A stretch of DNA of 64,000 nt from an uncultured Chryseobacterium sp. (GTDB lineage Bacteria > Bacteroidota > Bacteroidia > UBA10329): contig CAZCNS010000012.1 in assembly GCA_964500205.1 (NCBI GenBank), forward strand, positions 5,626 through 69,625, given 5' to 3'. A model generated the notes under the pieces. That model saw only the letters and a program-made list of their open reading frames with translations, was not told where the DNA came from and did not search any database. Below, in pieces: positions 19,868 to 30,172 of this stretch (its first letter is position 1; each line of letters starts with the position of its first letter). The position numbers and the translations under genes are program-made.

Positions 19868-20410
19868 TTAAACTTTCAGTTGATAGATAGCGGGAATGTT
19901 CCTTCCCAGTCCATCGTAGTCCAGTCCGTAGCCGACCACAAAACGGTCGGGGATCTCGATGCCGATGTATTTCAGATCATACATGCCCCGAAACGCATCT
20001 GGCTTAAAAAGCATTGTGCATAGAGAAACGGACTTGGCGCCTGCCGCTGTCATGCGTTGCCGGAGATTGTCCATGGTAAGGCCGCTGTCCACGATGTCTT
20101 CCACTATGATCACATCTCGGTCTGTAACATTCGCGCCCAGCGGCATTTCCTCTTTTACTTCGCCTGTACTGGCCGTGCCTCGATAAGAACTCACACGGAT
20201 GAACGCCACTTCACAATCGATCGTGAGCCGCTTGAACAGTTCGGCACCGAACACGAACGCTCCGTTCAGCACCACCAAAACGATAGGACACTTCCCTTCG
20301 TAGTCGGCATTCATCTGCTTCGCGATGGATTCCACGGCAATCTGCACCTCCGCTTCGCCCAGATAAGGGACGAAGATCTTGTCATGCAAACGAATCTCTT
20401 GTGAAGCCAA
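19868..20410 (-). CDS. hpt: Hypoxanthine(-guanine) phosphoribosyltransferase
   Basis: PRPP motif VIIVEDIVDSGLT, plus SSYRGTASTG and VGYGLDYD. Confidence 0.9.
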   Translation of the reverse strand: MASQEIRLHDKIFVPYLGEAEVQIAVESIAKQMNADYEGKCPIVLVVLNGAFVFGAELFKRLTIDCEVAFIRVSSYRGTASTGEVKEEMPLGANVTDRDVIIVEDIVDSGLTMDNLRQRMTAAGAKSVSLCTMLFKPDAFRGMYDLKYIGIEIPDRFVVGYGLDYDGLGRNIPAIYQLKV

Positions 20411-20580
20411 TGTTTCGCGAAACGGGCTGCGAAGATAAGGGCTGAGGCCGAGGGTACTTCACCTTCATTTGTATGATGGCCATGTGTCACGTATCACAGA
20501 GCTGCGGACAAAAGACGTAGCATGGCAGAGATGAATCGTTGATGATCCTTTTCCGTTCCCAGATGCCGACTTTTGCGCCC

Positions 20581-21714
20581 ATGAGTTACCGACCTAAGAC
20601 GCGCCTCGGAATCCTTGGCGGAGGCCAACTGGGCCGCATGCTGATCCGTGAGACCATCAACCTTGATGTGGACGTTCATGTCCTCGACCCTGACCCCGAT
20701 GCCCCCTGCCGCAATATCTGTCACAGCTTCACGCAGGGCAGTTTCAAGGATTTTGATGCGGTGATGGCCTTTGGGCAGGAGGTGGATATCATTACCATAG
20801 AGATCGAGCATGTGAATGTTGACGCCTTGGAAAAACTTGAGGCGCAAGGCAAGAAGGTTTTCCCGCAACCCAGAGTCATCCGACTCATTCAAGACAAGGG
20901 CGCACAGAAGGAGTTTTATCGCGAGCATGACATACCCACGCCTGACTATCGGCTGGTGGAAGCTGGCAGGGTAGGGGAGCACACCGATTTCTTCCCTGCA
21001 TTCCAAAAGCTGCGCAAAGGCGGATATGACGGCAAGGGGGTGCAATCGCTCCGTTCGGCAGACGACCTTGACAAAGCGTTCACTGAGCCATCGGTGCTGG
21101 AAAAGGCCGTTGACCTGGATAAGGAGCTTTCTGTCATCGTTTCAAGGAATGAAAAAGGCGAGATGGCGACCTTTCCTTTGGTTGAACTGGAATTCAACCC
21201 CAAGGCCAATCTGGTGGAATTCCTGTTCAGTCCCGCGAGTGTGAGTGCAGCGGTGGAGGCCACTTCGCAGCGCATTGCCAAAGATGTGGCTGAAAAATTG
21301 GGTATTGTGGGTCTCTTGGCCGTAGAGTTGTTTCTCGACAAGGAAGGGAATGTGCTGGTGAATGAGATCGCTCCACGCCCCCACAACAGCGGTCATCAAA
21401 GCATCGAGGGCAACATTACCTCCCAGTTCATGCAGCACCTGAGGGCGGTGATGGGCCTTGCTCCTGGCGACACGTCCATGTTGCTCCCATCCGTGATGGT
21501 CAATCTTCTGGGCGAGGAAGGTCACACTGGCGAAGCGCGTTACGAGGGTCTGGAAGAAATCCTTTCGTGGAAAGGTGTGAATGTGCATCTTTATGGCAAG
21601 CGGTTCACCAAGCCCTTCCGCAAGATGGGCCACGTGACCATCATCGCAGAAACACTTATCGAGGCGAAGAACATCGCCAAGAAAGTTCAACAAACCTTAA
21701 AAGTGAAAGCATGA
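20581..21714 (+). CDS. purK: N5-carboxyaminoimidazole ribonucleotide synthase
   Basis: ATG 20581 ([20 protein letters not shown]). ATP-grasp motifs, [17 protein letters not shown]. Confidence 0.9.
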   Translation: MSYRPKTRLGILGGGQLGRMLIRETINLDVDVHVLDPDPDAPCRNICHSFTQGSFKDFDAVMAFGQEVDIITIEIEHVNVDALEKLEAQGKKVFPQPRVIRLIQDKGAQKEFYREHDIPTPDYRLVEAGRVGEHTDFFPAFQKLRKGGYDGKGVQSLRSADDLDKAFTEPSVLEKAVDLDKELSVIVSRNEKGEMATFPLVELEFNPKANLVEFLFSPASVSAAVEATSQRIAKDVAEKLGIVGLLAVELFLDKEGNVLVNEIAPRPHNSGHQSIEGNITSQFMQHLRAVMGLAPGDTSMLLPSVMVNLLGEEGHTGEARYEGLEEILSWKGVNVHLYGKRFTKPFRKMGHVTIIAETLIEAKNIAKKVQQTLKVKA

Positions 21715-22211
21715 GCAAGGCATTGGTTGGCATCATCATGGGTAGCAGCTCGGATCTCAGCGTGATGAAAGATGCTGCGGACGTTTTGAATGAACTCGGT
21801 GTGGAGTATGAGATGACGGTCGTCTCGGCTCACCGCACCCCGGAGCGCATGTTCGACTATGCGAAGACCGCTACCGATAGAGGTCTGAAAGTGATCATTG
21901 CAGGTGCTGGTGGCGCAGCACATCTTCCTGGCATGGTGGCATCACTCACGCCACTTCCCGTTATTGGTGTTCCCGTGAAAAGCAGTAATTCCATTGACGG
22001 CTGGGACAGTATTCTCTCCATCTTGCAAATGCCCAATGGTGTTCCTGTGGCTACCGTGGCTCTTAATGCCGCCAAGAACGCGGGCATCCTCGCAGCACAG
22101 ATCATCGGGGCTGGCGATGCGGCCGTGCTTCAGCGCGTTGCATCCTTCAAAGAGCGATTGAAGCAGAAGGTGCTGGACGCCAAAGGTGAGGTCGAGAACT
22201 ACGGATCGTAG
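21711..22211 (+). CDS. purE: N5-CAIR mutase
   Basis: [26 protein letters not shown]. Its ATG overlaps the purK stop (ATGA). Confidence 0.95.
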   Translation: MSKALVGIIMGSSSDLSVMKDAADVLNELGVEYEMTVVSAHRTPERMFDYAKTATDRGLKVIIAGAGGAAHLPGMVASLTPLPVIGVPVKSSNSIDGWDSILSILQMPNGVPVATVALNAAKNAGILAAQIIGAGDAAVLQRVASFKERLKQKVLDAKGEVENYGS

Positions 22212-22267
22212 GTTCTTTCGAAGGATTCGCTGGCTTCTTTCAGTCTTAAGTTGTTATTAGAAAAACG

Positions 22268-22309
22268 TATGCACGCATAATTGTTTTCAACAAATGGTAT
22301 GCGTGCATA
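22268..22309. promoter_or_regulatory. Two 12-bp palindromes, TATGC-N2-GCATA; candidate MarR operator pair
   Basis: TATGCACGCATA at 22268-22279 and TATGCGTGCATA at 22298-22309. They are 30 bp apart centre to centre. The second ends 25 nt upstream of the MarR ATG. Confidence 0.45.
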
Positions 22310-22334
22310 ATAAACTTCGTAGTATTGCCCCGCA

Positions 22335-22823
22335 ATGGGAATGAAGCGCAGTCTGAAGCCGGAGGAGTCGGTGTGTTTTTGCACGAAGACCACGTGGCAC
22401 GCCATTTCCAGACTTTACAACACCACGGGCGCACAGCACGACATCAGTGCGTCCACTGGGTTCGTGCTGCTGAATATCGATCTGGAGAACGGCAGTCCCG
22501 CCACACGCATTGCACCGCAGCTTGGCATGGAAGCCCGTAGTCTAACGCGAATGCTAAAAAGCTTGGAAGAGAAGGGCTACATATATAAGCAGGCCGACCC
22601 GAAGGACGGACGTGTTATGCGCATCTTCCTTACCGAAGAGGGAAAGAAAAAGCGGGAATTGGCGAAAATCGGTGTGGTAGCGTTCAACAAAGCTGTGCGT
22701 GAAGTTGTTGCTTCCGAGAAATTGGACATCTACTTCGAGGTTGCGAACACAATTAACGAAATCATCGACAAGCGAAGCATTTACGACAAGGTGAACACGG
22801 ATCAATTAAGAATCAAGAATTAA
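22335..22823 (+). CDS. MarR-family transcriptional regulator
   Basis: Winged-helix pattern: ATRIAPQLGMEARSLTRMLKSLEEKGYIYKQADPKDGRVMRIFLTEEGKK. Confidence 0.85.
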   Translation: MGMKRSLKPEESVCFCTKTTWHAISRLYNTTGAQHDISASTGFVLLNIDLENGSPATRIAPQLGMEARSLTRMLKSLEEKGYIYKQADPKDGRVMRIFLTEEGKKKRELAKIGVVAFNKAVREVVASEKLDIYFEVANTINEIIDKRSIYDKVNTDQLRIKN

Positions 22824-22884
22824 CAATTAAAAATGAGCAAGTTGAGTTGAAAACTCATCGCTCGTCATTCAATCACTTCAAAAC

Positions 22885-25281
22885 ATGAAAAGAACCATCA
22901 AGAAAGTAGCGGTCCTCGGTTCGGGGGTCATGGGTTCGCGCATCGCGTGCCATTTTGCCAACATCGGTGTGGAGGTGCTCCTGCTGGATATCGTTCCACG
23001 CGAGCCCAATGATGCTGAGAAGGCCAAAGGGCTCACCACCGAGCACAAGGCTGTACGCAATCGTATCGTGAACGATGCGCTCGCATTTGCTATCAAGTCG
23101 AACCCTGCACCGCTCTACAAGAAGTCTTTCGCAGACCGCGTGACCACAGGCAATTTTGACGATGACATGAAGCTCATCGCCAATTGTGACTGGGTGATCG
23201 AGGTGGTTGTAGAAAGGCTCGATATCAAGCAGCAGGTGTTTGCCAATGTGGAGAAATACCGTAAGCCTGGCACGCTCATCACGTCCAACACATCGGGCAT
23301 TCCCATCCACATGATGTTGGAGGGCCGCAGCGAGGACTTCCAGAAGCACTTCGCGGGAACACACTTCTTCAACCCGCCACGTTACCTGAAACTGCTGGAG
23401 ATCATTCCAACACCGAAGACTGATCAGGCCGTCACTGATTTCCTTATGGATTATGGAGACCGTTTTCTTGGCAAGACCACGGTGCTCTGCAAGGACACAC
23501 CAGCGTTCATCGCCAACCGTGTGGGGGTTTACAGCATTCAGGCACTTTTCCACATTGTGCAGGAAATGGGGCTCAGTGTCACCGAGGTGGACAAGATGAC
23601 CGGTCCGATTCTTGGACGTGCCAAGTCGGCCACATTCCGCACCTGTGACGTTGTGGGTCTGGACACGCTTGTTCTGGTGTCGAAAGGTCTTCACGCAAAT
23701 TGCCCTGATGACGAGGCGCGTCACCTTTTCGAGATTCCTTCCTATATCACCAAGATGGTAGAGAACGGATGGCTGGGTTCAAAAACCGGTCAGGGCTTCT
23801 TCAAGAAGGTCGGTAAGGACATTCTCGAGCTGAACCTCCAGACATTGGAGTACCAACCAGCTCCAAAGGTTGATTTCCCAACCTTGAAAGCCGCTAAAGC
23901 CGAGGATAATCTCGCGAAACGGATGAAAATCCTTCTGGGCGGAACCGACAAGGCAGGTGAATTCTACCGCAAAGCGTTCTACGGTCTGTTCGAGTACGCC
24001 AGCAACCGCATCCCTGAGATTTCTGATGACCTCTACAAGATCGATGATGCCATCGGTGCTGGTTTCGGCTGGAAGATGGGGCCATTCGCAGCTTGGGATG
24101 CCCTCGGAGTAGAGGAGACCATCAATGCGATGGAGGCCGCTGGCCGCAAGCCTGCGAAGTGGGTGCACGACATGGTGGCGAAAGGCGTCAAGTCGTTCTA
24201 CAGCACCGACAAGGGCAAGAAACTGTATTACGACATCCCAAGCGGTGCGTACAAAGTGATTCCAGGAACGGAGAACCTCATCATCCTCGATGCGCTCCGC
24301 GAGACCAATGTTGTTTGGAGCAATAGTGGCTCAACACTCTTTGATATTGGAGACGGTGTGCTGAACTTGGAGTTCCACACCAAGATGAACACTATTGGTA
24401 GTGAGATTCTGCAAGGCTTGAACAAGGCCATTGACATCGCAGAGAGCGACCCTAAATGGAAAGGTCTTGTCCTGGCGAATGATGGCGACAACTTCAGTGC
24501 GGGCGCAAACCTCGGTATGATCTTCATGCTCGCTGCCAACCAAGAGATAGATGAGCTGGACATGGCCGTGCGTCAGTTCCAGAACACTGTGATGCGCCTG
24601 CGTACATCGGCCATCCCTGTGGTGGCTGCGCCTCATGGCCTTACCCTAGGTGGTGGTTGCGAGATCTGCATGCACTCTGATAAGGTGATTGCTGCGGCAG
24701 AGACCTACATCGGCCTTGTGGAGTTTGGTGCAGGGGTGATTCCTGCGGGCTGCGGCTCGAAGGAGATGGCCCTTCGTGCCTCGGACGATTTTCAAGAGGG
24801 CAACCTGCAACTGCCCGCATTGCGCGAGCGTTTCCTCACGGTGGGCATGGCGAAAGTCGCCACCAGTGCAGAGGAGGCATTTGACCTCGGCATTCTCAGA
24901 AAAGGTGTTGATGAAGTGAGCGTTAGTGCAGAGCATCGCATTTCCCGCGCCAAGCGTGCCGTGCTTGAACTGGATGCTGCTGGCTACACACCTGCCGCAG
25001 AGCGCAAGGACATCCTCGTGCTCGGCAAGAAGGGCCTCGGCATCTTCGTGGCCGGTGCGCGGAGCATGGAAGCAGGCAAGTTCATCAGCGAGCACGACCG
25101 CATTATTAGCGAGGAGTTCGGCTATGTGATGGCAGGTGGCGACCTTTCAGATGCGACCAAGGTGTCTGAGCGTTACCTACTAGACCTTGAGCGCAAAGCA
25201 TTTCTGAAACTGGCCATGACCCGAAAGTCGATGGAACGCATGCAGAGTCTTGTCACATCTGGTAAGCCATTGAGAAACTAA
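22885..25281 (+). CDS. Bifunctional 3-hydroxyacyl-CoA dehydrogenase / enoyl-CoA hydratase (HADH N-terminal, ECH C-terminal)
   Basis: VAVLGSGVMGSRIA NAD motif, NTSGIP, FFNPPRY. Crotonase-type GDNFSAGANL and GGGCEI in the C-terminal half. Confidence 0.9.
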   Translation: MKRTIKKVAVLGSGVMGSRIACHFANIGVEVLLLDIVPREPNDAEKAKGLTTEHKAVRNRIVNDALAFAIKSNPAPLYKKSFADRVTTGNFDDDMKLIANCDWVIEVVVERLDIKQQVFANVEKYRKPGTLITSNTSGIPIHMMLEGRSEDFQKHFAGTHFFNPPRYLKLLEIIPTPKTDQAVTDFLMDYGDRFLGKTTVLCKDTPAFIANRVGVYSIQALFHIVQEMGLSVTEVDKMTGPILGRAKSATFRTCDVVGLDTLVLVSKGLHANCPDDEARHLFEIPSYITKMVENGWLGSKTGQGFFKKVGKDILELNLQTLEYQPAPKVDFPTLKAAKAEDNLAKRMKILLGGTDKAGEFYRKAFYGLFEYASNRIPEISDDLYKIDDAIGAGFGWKMGPFAAWDALGVEETINAMEAAGRKPAKWVHDMVAKGVKSFYSTDKGKKLYYDIPSGAYKVIPGTENLIILDALRETNVVWSNSGSTLFDIGDGVLNLEFHTKMNTIGSEILQGLNKAIDIAESDPKWKGLVLANDGDNFSAGANLGMIFMLAANQEIDELDMAVRQFQNTVMRLRTSAIPVVAAPHGLTLGGGCEICMHSDKVIAAAETYIGLVEFGAGVIPAGCGSKEMALRASDDFQEGNLQLPALRERFLTVGMAKVATSAEEAFDLGILRKGVDEVSVSAEHRISRAKRAVLELDAAGYTPAAERKDILVLGKKGLGIFVAGARSMEAGKFISEHDRIISEEFGYVMAGGDLSDATKVSERYLLDLERKAFLKLAMTRKSMERMQSLVTSGKPLRN

Positions 25282-25311
25282 CTTCGTCCTTTCCCCTTGA
25301 GGACGTGCCAC

Positions 25312-25902
25312 ATGATTCGTTCATTTCAAAACCATGCCCTTGTTGCGGTGTTCATGTTCTGGCCTTTGTTCCTTTCGGGGCAAAGCTTCCAACGGCCCAA
25401 GTATGCACCGCGCAAGGTCAATCACCAGAATGAAAAGGATCAGTACGACCGCAAACAGGGTCTTTGGATGCAGTATTCTGCCTCTCGAATCCTTATCGCG
25501 GAAATCAACTACCTCAATGACCGTAAGCATGGACTTTCGACACGGTACTACCCTCACAGTGGAGCCGTCATGGAGCAAGCAGAATATTTCGATGGTAAGC
25601 GGCATGGGCCTTTCAAGAAATACTTCTACACGGGCAGTCTCAAGACCGAGGGCGAGTATGAGGTCAACAGGAAATCCGGTTACTGGGTCAACTATTACCA
25701 CAACACGGGCGAGGTCAGCTCCGAGGGCAACTATGTCAAGGGAAAAAAGGACGGTGACTGGAAATTCTACGATTCACGCGGCCAACTCAAGTACACCTAC
25801 ACTTACAAGAATGGGGTGCTGGTTGCTCAGAACGGGGTCTCTCTTGAAGAGTTGAAGAAACAGGAGCAGGATAAAAGCAGGTCTATCTCTACACCTAAAT
25901 GA
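25312..25902 (+). CDS. Secreted MORN-variant/YwqK-like repeat protein
   Basis: Repeats of the form (K/R)xGxxxxYYxxG (DRKHGLSTRYY, GKRHGPFKKYFYTG, NRKSGYWVNYYHNTG, GKKDGDWKFYDSRG). ATG 25312 with a hydrophobic leader. Confidence 0.6.
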   Translation: MIRSFQNHALVAVFMFWPLFLSGQSFQRPKYAPRKVNHQNEKDQYDRKQGLWMQYSASRILIAEINYLNDRKHGLSTRYYPHSGAVMEQAEYFDGKRHGPFKKYFYTGSLKTEGEYEVNRKSGYWVNYYHNTGEVSSEGNYVKGKKDGDWKFYDSRGQLKYTYTYKNGVLVAQNGVSLEELKKQEQDKSRSISTPK

Positions 25903-25962
25903 GCATCAGCATAAGTCTCAAGTACATCGAACTTTAACATTGAACCTTAAACCTTTTAAGAA

Positions 25963-27138
25963 ATGAACGCATACATCGTAGCAGGATTCCGCACCGCAGT
26001 GGGCAAGGCCCCAAGGGGTGTTTTCAAGTTCACTCGCCCGGATGACTTGGCAGCTGATGTCATCAAGCATCTGGTGAAATCAGTACCGAGCCTAGACCCT
26101 GAGACCATTGATGACGTGATCGCAGGCTGCGCCACTCCTGAGGCGGAACTCGGTCTTAACATCGGTCGGATGGTATCACTCATGGGACTCGACACCGTGA
26201 AGGTGCCAGGGATGACCGTGAATCGTTACTGTTCTTCAGGTTTGGAGACCATCGCCATTGCCGCTGCCAAGATCAATAGCGGTATGGCTGATTGCATCAT
26301 CGCTGGTGGGGTGGAGAGCATGAGTCCGATGCCGTTCGGTGGTTGGACAGTGACTCCCAACTACACCGTTGCCAAGTATCACAGCGATTGGTATTGGGGT
26401 ATGGGTCTCACTGCTGAGGAGGTGGCCGAGAAGTACAACGTAAGCCGCGAAGACCAAGACGCATTCTCCATCAAGTCGCATGAGAAGGCTCTGGCGGCCA
26501 TCAAGGAAGGCCGTTTTAAGGATGATATCGTTCCCATCACCGTGAACCATGTTTTCTTGGACGGGAATGAGAAGCGTCAGGAGAAATCCTACGTGGTGGA
26601 TACGGACGAAGGGCCGCGCGCAGGCAGCACCATGGAAGCTTTGGCGAAGCTCCGTCCCGTGTTCAAGACAGGAGGTAGCGTCACTGCGGCCAATAGCTCG
26701 CAGACCTCTGACGGTGCGGCTTTCGTGATGGTCGTATCCGAGAAGAAGTTGAAGGAACTTGGTGTGCAGCCCATCGCCCGCGTGGTCACCTACGCTGTAA
26801 GCGGCCTTGAGCCAAGCATCATGGGTGTGGGCCCTATCTATGCCATTCCACAGGCGTTAAAGCAGGCAGGTCTTAAGCAGAGTGACATCGACCTCATCGA
26901 ATTGAACGAAGCATTCGCATCACAGTCATTGGCGGTTATCCGTGAGTTGGGCCTCGATGAGAACCGTGTGAACGTGAACGGTGGCGCCATCGCTCTCGGT
27001 CACCCGCTCGGTTGCACAGGCGGCAAGCTCACCGTGCAGATCATGAATGAGCTGAAAAGGCGCAATGGCAAGTACGGTATGGTGACCATGTGTGTAGGAA
27101 CTGGTCAGGGTGCTGCTGGAATCTTTGAAATGATGTGA
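25963..27138 (+). CDS. Acetyl-CoA C-acyltransferase (thiolase)
   Basis: Active-site Cys context [34 protein letters not shown]. Confidence 0.95.
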   Translation: MNAYIVAGFRTAVGKAPRGVFKFTRPDDLAADVIKHLVKSVPSLDPETIDDVIAGCATPEAELGLNIGRMVSLMGLDTVKVPGMTVNRYCSSGLETIAIAAAKINSGMADCIIAGGVESMSPMPFGGWTVTPNYTVAKYHSDWYWGMGLTAEEVAEKYNVSREDQDAFSIKSHEKALAAIKEGRFKDDIVPITVNHVFLDGNEKRQEKSYVVDTDEGPRAGSTMEALAKLRPVFKTGGSVTAANSSQTSDGAAFVMVVSEKKLKELGVQPIARVVTYAVSGLEPSIMGVGPIYAIPQALKQAGLKQSDIDLIELNEAFASQSLAVIRELGLDENRVNVNGGAIALGHPLGCTGGKLTVQIMNELKRRNGKYGMVTMCVGTGQGAAGIFEMM

Positions 27139-27204
27139 AACAGTTGTAAGTCATTGGCTTGAAGTTCAATCAATAATAATCATTCATCAATAATCAATCG
27201 TAAA

Positions 27205-28995
27205 ATGGCAACTTTAGAGAAGAAAGCCCTGCAAGGAGGCGAATGGATCGTCCGTGAAACGGATGCCCAGAACGTGTTCATCCCTGAGGAATGGACCGAG
27301 GAACAACTGATGATCGCGCAGACCTGCCGCGAGTTCATCGAGAAGGAAGTGACCCCGAACCTTGACCGCATCGATGCGATGGAGGAGGGACTGATGGTCG
27401 ATTTGTTGAACAAGGCTGGTGAATTGGGTCTGTTGTCAATCACAGTTCCAGAGGAATTCGGTGGCATGGGCGCATCGTTCAACACCAGCTGTCTGACTGC
27501 CGAGGTCACTGGCAGCGGTCATTCGTTCTCTGTGGCGATTTCCGCGCACACTGGTATCGGAACGCTTCCGATTCAGTATTACGGCAATGCTGAACAGAAG
27601 GCGAAGTACCTTCCGGGTCTCTCCTCTGGCGAACTGAAGGCATCTTACGCCCTTACTGAGCCGAGCAGTGGTTCTGACGCCAACAGCGGCAAGACAAAAG
27701 CCACGCTGAGTGAGGACGGCAAGCATTACCTCATCAACGGACAGAAGATGTGGATCACCAACGCGGGCTTCGCGGACGTATTCATTGTCTTCGCCAAGAT
27801 CGATGACGACAAGAACCTCAGTGCGTTCATTGTAGACGGAACGACTGAAGGTCTCAGCCTCAACGCAGAGGAGAAGAAGCTGGGCATCAAGGGTTCATCC
27901 ACCCGTCAGGTATTCTTCAATAACTGCCTTGTGCCTGTGGAGAACCTCCTAAGTGATCGCGGCAACGGTTTCAAGATTGCGGTCAATATCCTGAACATCG
28001 GCCGTATCAAGCTCGGTGCTGCTGCCATCGGTGGAGCCAAAGTTGCCATCGGTCAGGCGGTGAATTACGCCAACGAGCGTGAGCAGTTCGGTCGTCCCAT
28101 CAGCAAGTACGGGGCCATCCGCCATAAGATCGCGGAGCAGACCATTCGCACGTGGGTGCTGGAGTCCGCCACTTACCGTGCTGGTCAGGACATCGAGGAC
28201 TGCATCAATGCCTTTATAGCGGACGGTGTGGAGCCGGAGCAGGCGAAGATCAATGGCGTGGCATCCTACGCCATCGAGTGTGCCATACTGAAAGTGTTCG
28301 GCTCTGAAGTAATTGACTTCGTAATTGATGAGGGCTTGCAGATCTATGGCGGAATGGGCTTCAGTGCCGAGGCACCGATGGAGCGCGCCTACCGCGATGC
28401 GCGCATCAACCGCATCTTCGAAGGCACTAACGAGATCAACCGTATGCTTACCGTGGACATGATCCTCAAGAAGGGCATGAAGGGCGAGATCGACCTTATG
28501 GGCCCTGCACAGAAGGTGGCTGGCGAACTCCTCAGCATCCCCGAAATGGAGGACGCTGGCGAGGGTGTTTTCGCCAACGAGCGCAAGTACATCCGCAATT
28601 TCAAGAAGGCTGGACTGATGGTGGCCGGTGCTGCCGTGCAGAAGCTGATGGCTACCCTTAGCAAGGAGCAGGAGATCCTGATGAACATCGCGGACATCCT
28701 CATCGCTATCTACACTGCCGAGTCTGCTCTGCTGCGTGCCGAGAAACTCATCTCGCTCCGTGGCGAGGAGGCTACCAGCCTGCAGATCGACATGGTGAAG
28801 ACCTACTTCAACGATGCGGCTGACAACATCAACAAGTTCGGAAAGGATGCCATTACCTCGTTTGCCGAGGGCGATGAGCTCCGTGCCATGCTGATGGGCC
28901 TCAAGCGCTTCACCAAGACCGAGCCGTTCAACGCTAAGAACGCTCGTCAGCGCATTGCGCAAGCGGTGATTGATGAGAACAAGTATCCTTTCTGA
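27205..28995 (+). CDS. Long acyl-CoA dehydrogenase
   Basis: ALTEPSSGSDA, WITNAG, QIYGGMGF, IFEGTNEI. It carries the extra C-terminal helical domain typical of ~600-aa ACADs. Confidence 0.9.
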   Translation: MATLEKKALQGGEWIVRETDAQNVFIPEEWTEEQLMIAQTCREFIEKEVTPNLDRIDAMEEGLMVDLLNKAGELGLLSITVPEEFGGMGASFNTSCLTAEVTGSGHSFSVAISAHTGIGTLPIQYYGNAEQKAKYLPGLSSGELKASYALTEPSSGSDANSGKTKATLSEDGKHYLINGQKMWITNAGFADVFIVFAKIDDDKNLSAFIVDGTTEGLSLNAEEKKLGIKGSSTRQVFFNNCLVPVENLLSDRGNGFKIAVNILNIGRIKLGAAAIGGAKVAIGQAVNYANEREQFGRPISKYGAIRHKIAEQTIRTWVLESATYRAGQDIEDCINAFIADGVEPEQAKINGVASYAIECAILKVFGSEVIDFVIDEGLQIYGGMGFSAEAPMERAYRDARINRIFEGTNEINRMLTVDMILKKGMKGEIDLMGPAQKVAGELLSIPEMEDAGEGVFANERKYIRNFKKAGLMVAGAAVQKLMATLSKEQEILMNIADILIAIYTAESALLRAEKLISLRGEEATSLQIDMVKTYFNDAADNINKFGKDAITSFAEGDELRAMLMGLKRFTKTEPFNAKNARQRIAQAVIDENKYPF

Positions 28996-29051
28996 GGATG
29001 CGCAAGAGCTTCGGCAAACTTTTGAAGTTTGACGAAGCTGGAAAAATGAAA

Positions 29052-29086
29052 GCCGCCCTTCCCGGTTGTGGGGAGGGCGGTTTTTT
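29052..29086 (+). terminator. Rho-independent terminator of the beta-oxidation operon
   Basis: GCCGCCCTTCCC-ggttgt-GGGGAGGGCGG followed by TTTTTT. Confidence 0.7.
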
Positions 29087-29168
29087 GATGCTCTAAGACT
29101 CATGGAAGAAACCACGGTTCGTGAGAGTTCATAGTTCCGTTCAAGTAGATTTGTACTTGCCAGATGCT

Positions 29169-29183
29169 CTGTTTTTGGGGAAG
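29169..29183 (+). repeat. 15-bp direct repeat CTGTTTTTGGGGAAG, copy 1
   Basis: Identical 15-mer at 29957-29971. The reverse complement, CTTCCCCAAAAACAG, resembles IS3-family terminal sequences. Confidence 0.6.
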
Positions 29184-29203
29184 GCCTATCGAAGGCTTTA
29201 GTG

Positions 29204-29326
29204 TTACCCAAACTCCACCACCAAGTCATCTGCCTCCACCAGCGTTCCCGCTTCCAGCACCGTTTTCCGTATCATACCATCAGCAGGCGCTGTGACGGTC
29301 GTCTCCATCTTCATCGCCTCGATGAC
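29204..29326 (-). pseudogene. Displaced copy of the pyruvate carboxylase 3' end (biotinyl-domain C-terminus)
   Basis: Translates as SVIEAMKMETTVTAPADGMIRKTVLEAGTLVEADDLVVEFG*. The real pyc end is FVIEAMKMETTVTAPSDGVIRKTVLEAGTLVEADDLVVGFEGD*. There are 6 mismatches in the central 94 nt. No upstream gene body. Confidence 0.75.
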
Positions 29327-29350
29327 TGACAGGGAAGGTCTCTGCGTAGG

Positions 29351-29674
29351 TCAGGCAAGGTTCAGGGAGTTGTCCATAAGACTCACTTGAAAATTGACCT
29401 TGGCACCCAATGCTTTGAATACTTTGAGGATGGTCTCGAAGCGGGCATCCGTCAGGCTGTTCTCAATCTTAGATATTTGCGCCTTCTGCACTCCTACCAG
29501 TTTGCCCAATTCCTGTTGTGTCAGGTTACGTTGTAGGCGCGCTTGTTTGATGGCCTCTCCAATGAAATCCATCCTCAGTTCGTTCTCGAATGCCTCACGA
29601 TCGGGCGTGCCCAATTTGCCGATGTGCCTGTCAATCATTGCGTCAAGCGGCACGGTCTTAAGTTTCTTTTCCAT
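29351..29674 (-). CDS. XRE-family HTH protein, HigA-like antitoxin without a recognisable toxin partner
   Basis: QARLQRNLTQQELGKLVGVQKAQISKIENS is a classic Cro/C1 HTH. The length and N-terminal extension fit HigA-type antitoxins. Confidence 0.7.
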   Translation of the reverse strand: MEKKLKTVPLDAMIDRHIGKLGTPDREAFENELRMDFIGEAIKQARLQRNLTQQELGKLVGVQKAQISKIENSLTDARFETILKVFKALGAKVNFQVSLMDNSLNLA

Positions 29675-29688
29675 GATTGTGGTCTTTT

Positions 29689-29910
29689 CTATAACTGACT
29701 CAGGTACTGTTTCCGAATCTCTTCGGCCTTCTCAATTTCCTTGATGCGCTTGAGTTCCGTGGCATCAAGACCACCGTACTTCTTGCGCCAGCTGTACAGT
29801 GTGGCCGTGCTGATGCCCTTGGCGCGGCACACCTCCTCGGCAGTCTTCCCGTTCACATACTCCTTGAGTATGCTCACGATCTGTGTGGAACTGAATTTGC
29901 TCTTTCTCAT
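29689..29910 (-). mobile_element. IS3-family transposase OrfA (HTH) fragment with no OrfB; decayed IS
   Basis: MRKSKFSSTQIVSILKEYVNGKTAEEVCRAKGISTATLYSWRKKYGG matches the IS3/IS911 OrfA N-terminus. The leucine-zipper part and the catalytic ORF are missing. Confidence 0.7.
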
Positions 29911-29956
29911 CGTTCAACAGTTTGTGGTTAAAGTAAATCTCTAATTTCAAACTGTC

Positions 29957-29971
29957 CTGTTTTTGGGGAAG
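29957..29971 (+). repeat. 15-bp direct repeat CTGTTTTTGGGGAAG, copy 2 (candidate IS3 left end)
   Basis: Lies 47 nt upstream (on the minus strand) of the OrfA fragment's ATG. The minus strand reads TGAAAGCTTCCCCAAAAACAGGACAG. Confidence 0.55.
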
Positions 29972-30172
29972 CTTTCAGCTCCAAGAACTCCTCCGCCTCT
30001 GGCAACAGCTCTACGGCAAATTTCTGCTCCAACATTTCCGTCTGTCAAAGTTAGGGTTTCTTTTTTAGGAAACTAACGATGGTTGATGTTCACTGACCTC
30101 CCCTGACCCCTCCTTGTCAGGAGGGGAAATTCGCAGCCACCGCATTCGCTAATCGGCTAATTCGCTCAGTGC

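Noticed and set aside
27949-29229. 426-aa ORF antisense to the acyl-CoA dehydrogenase
   Set aside because: It is a shadow ORF. Its apparent start lies inside the pyc 3' relic, and it reads through the operon terminator.
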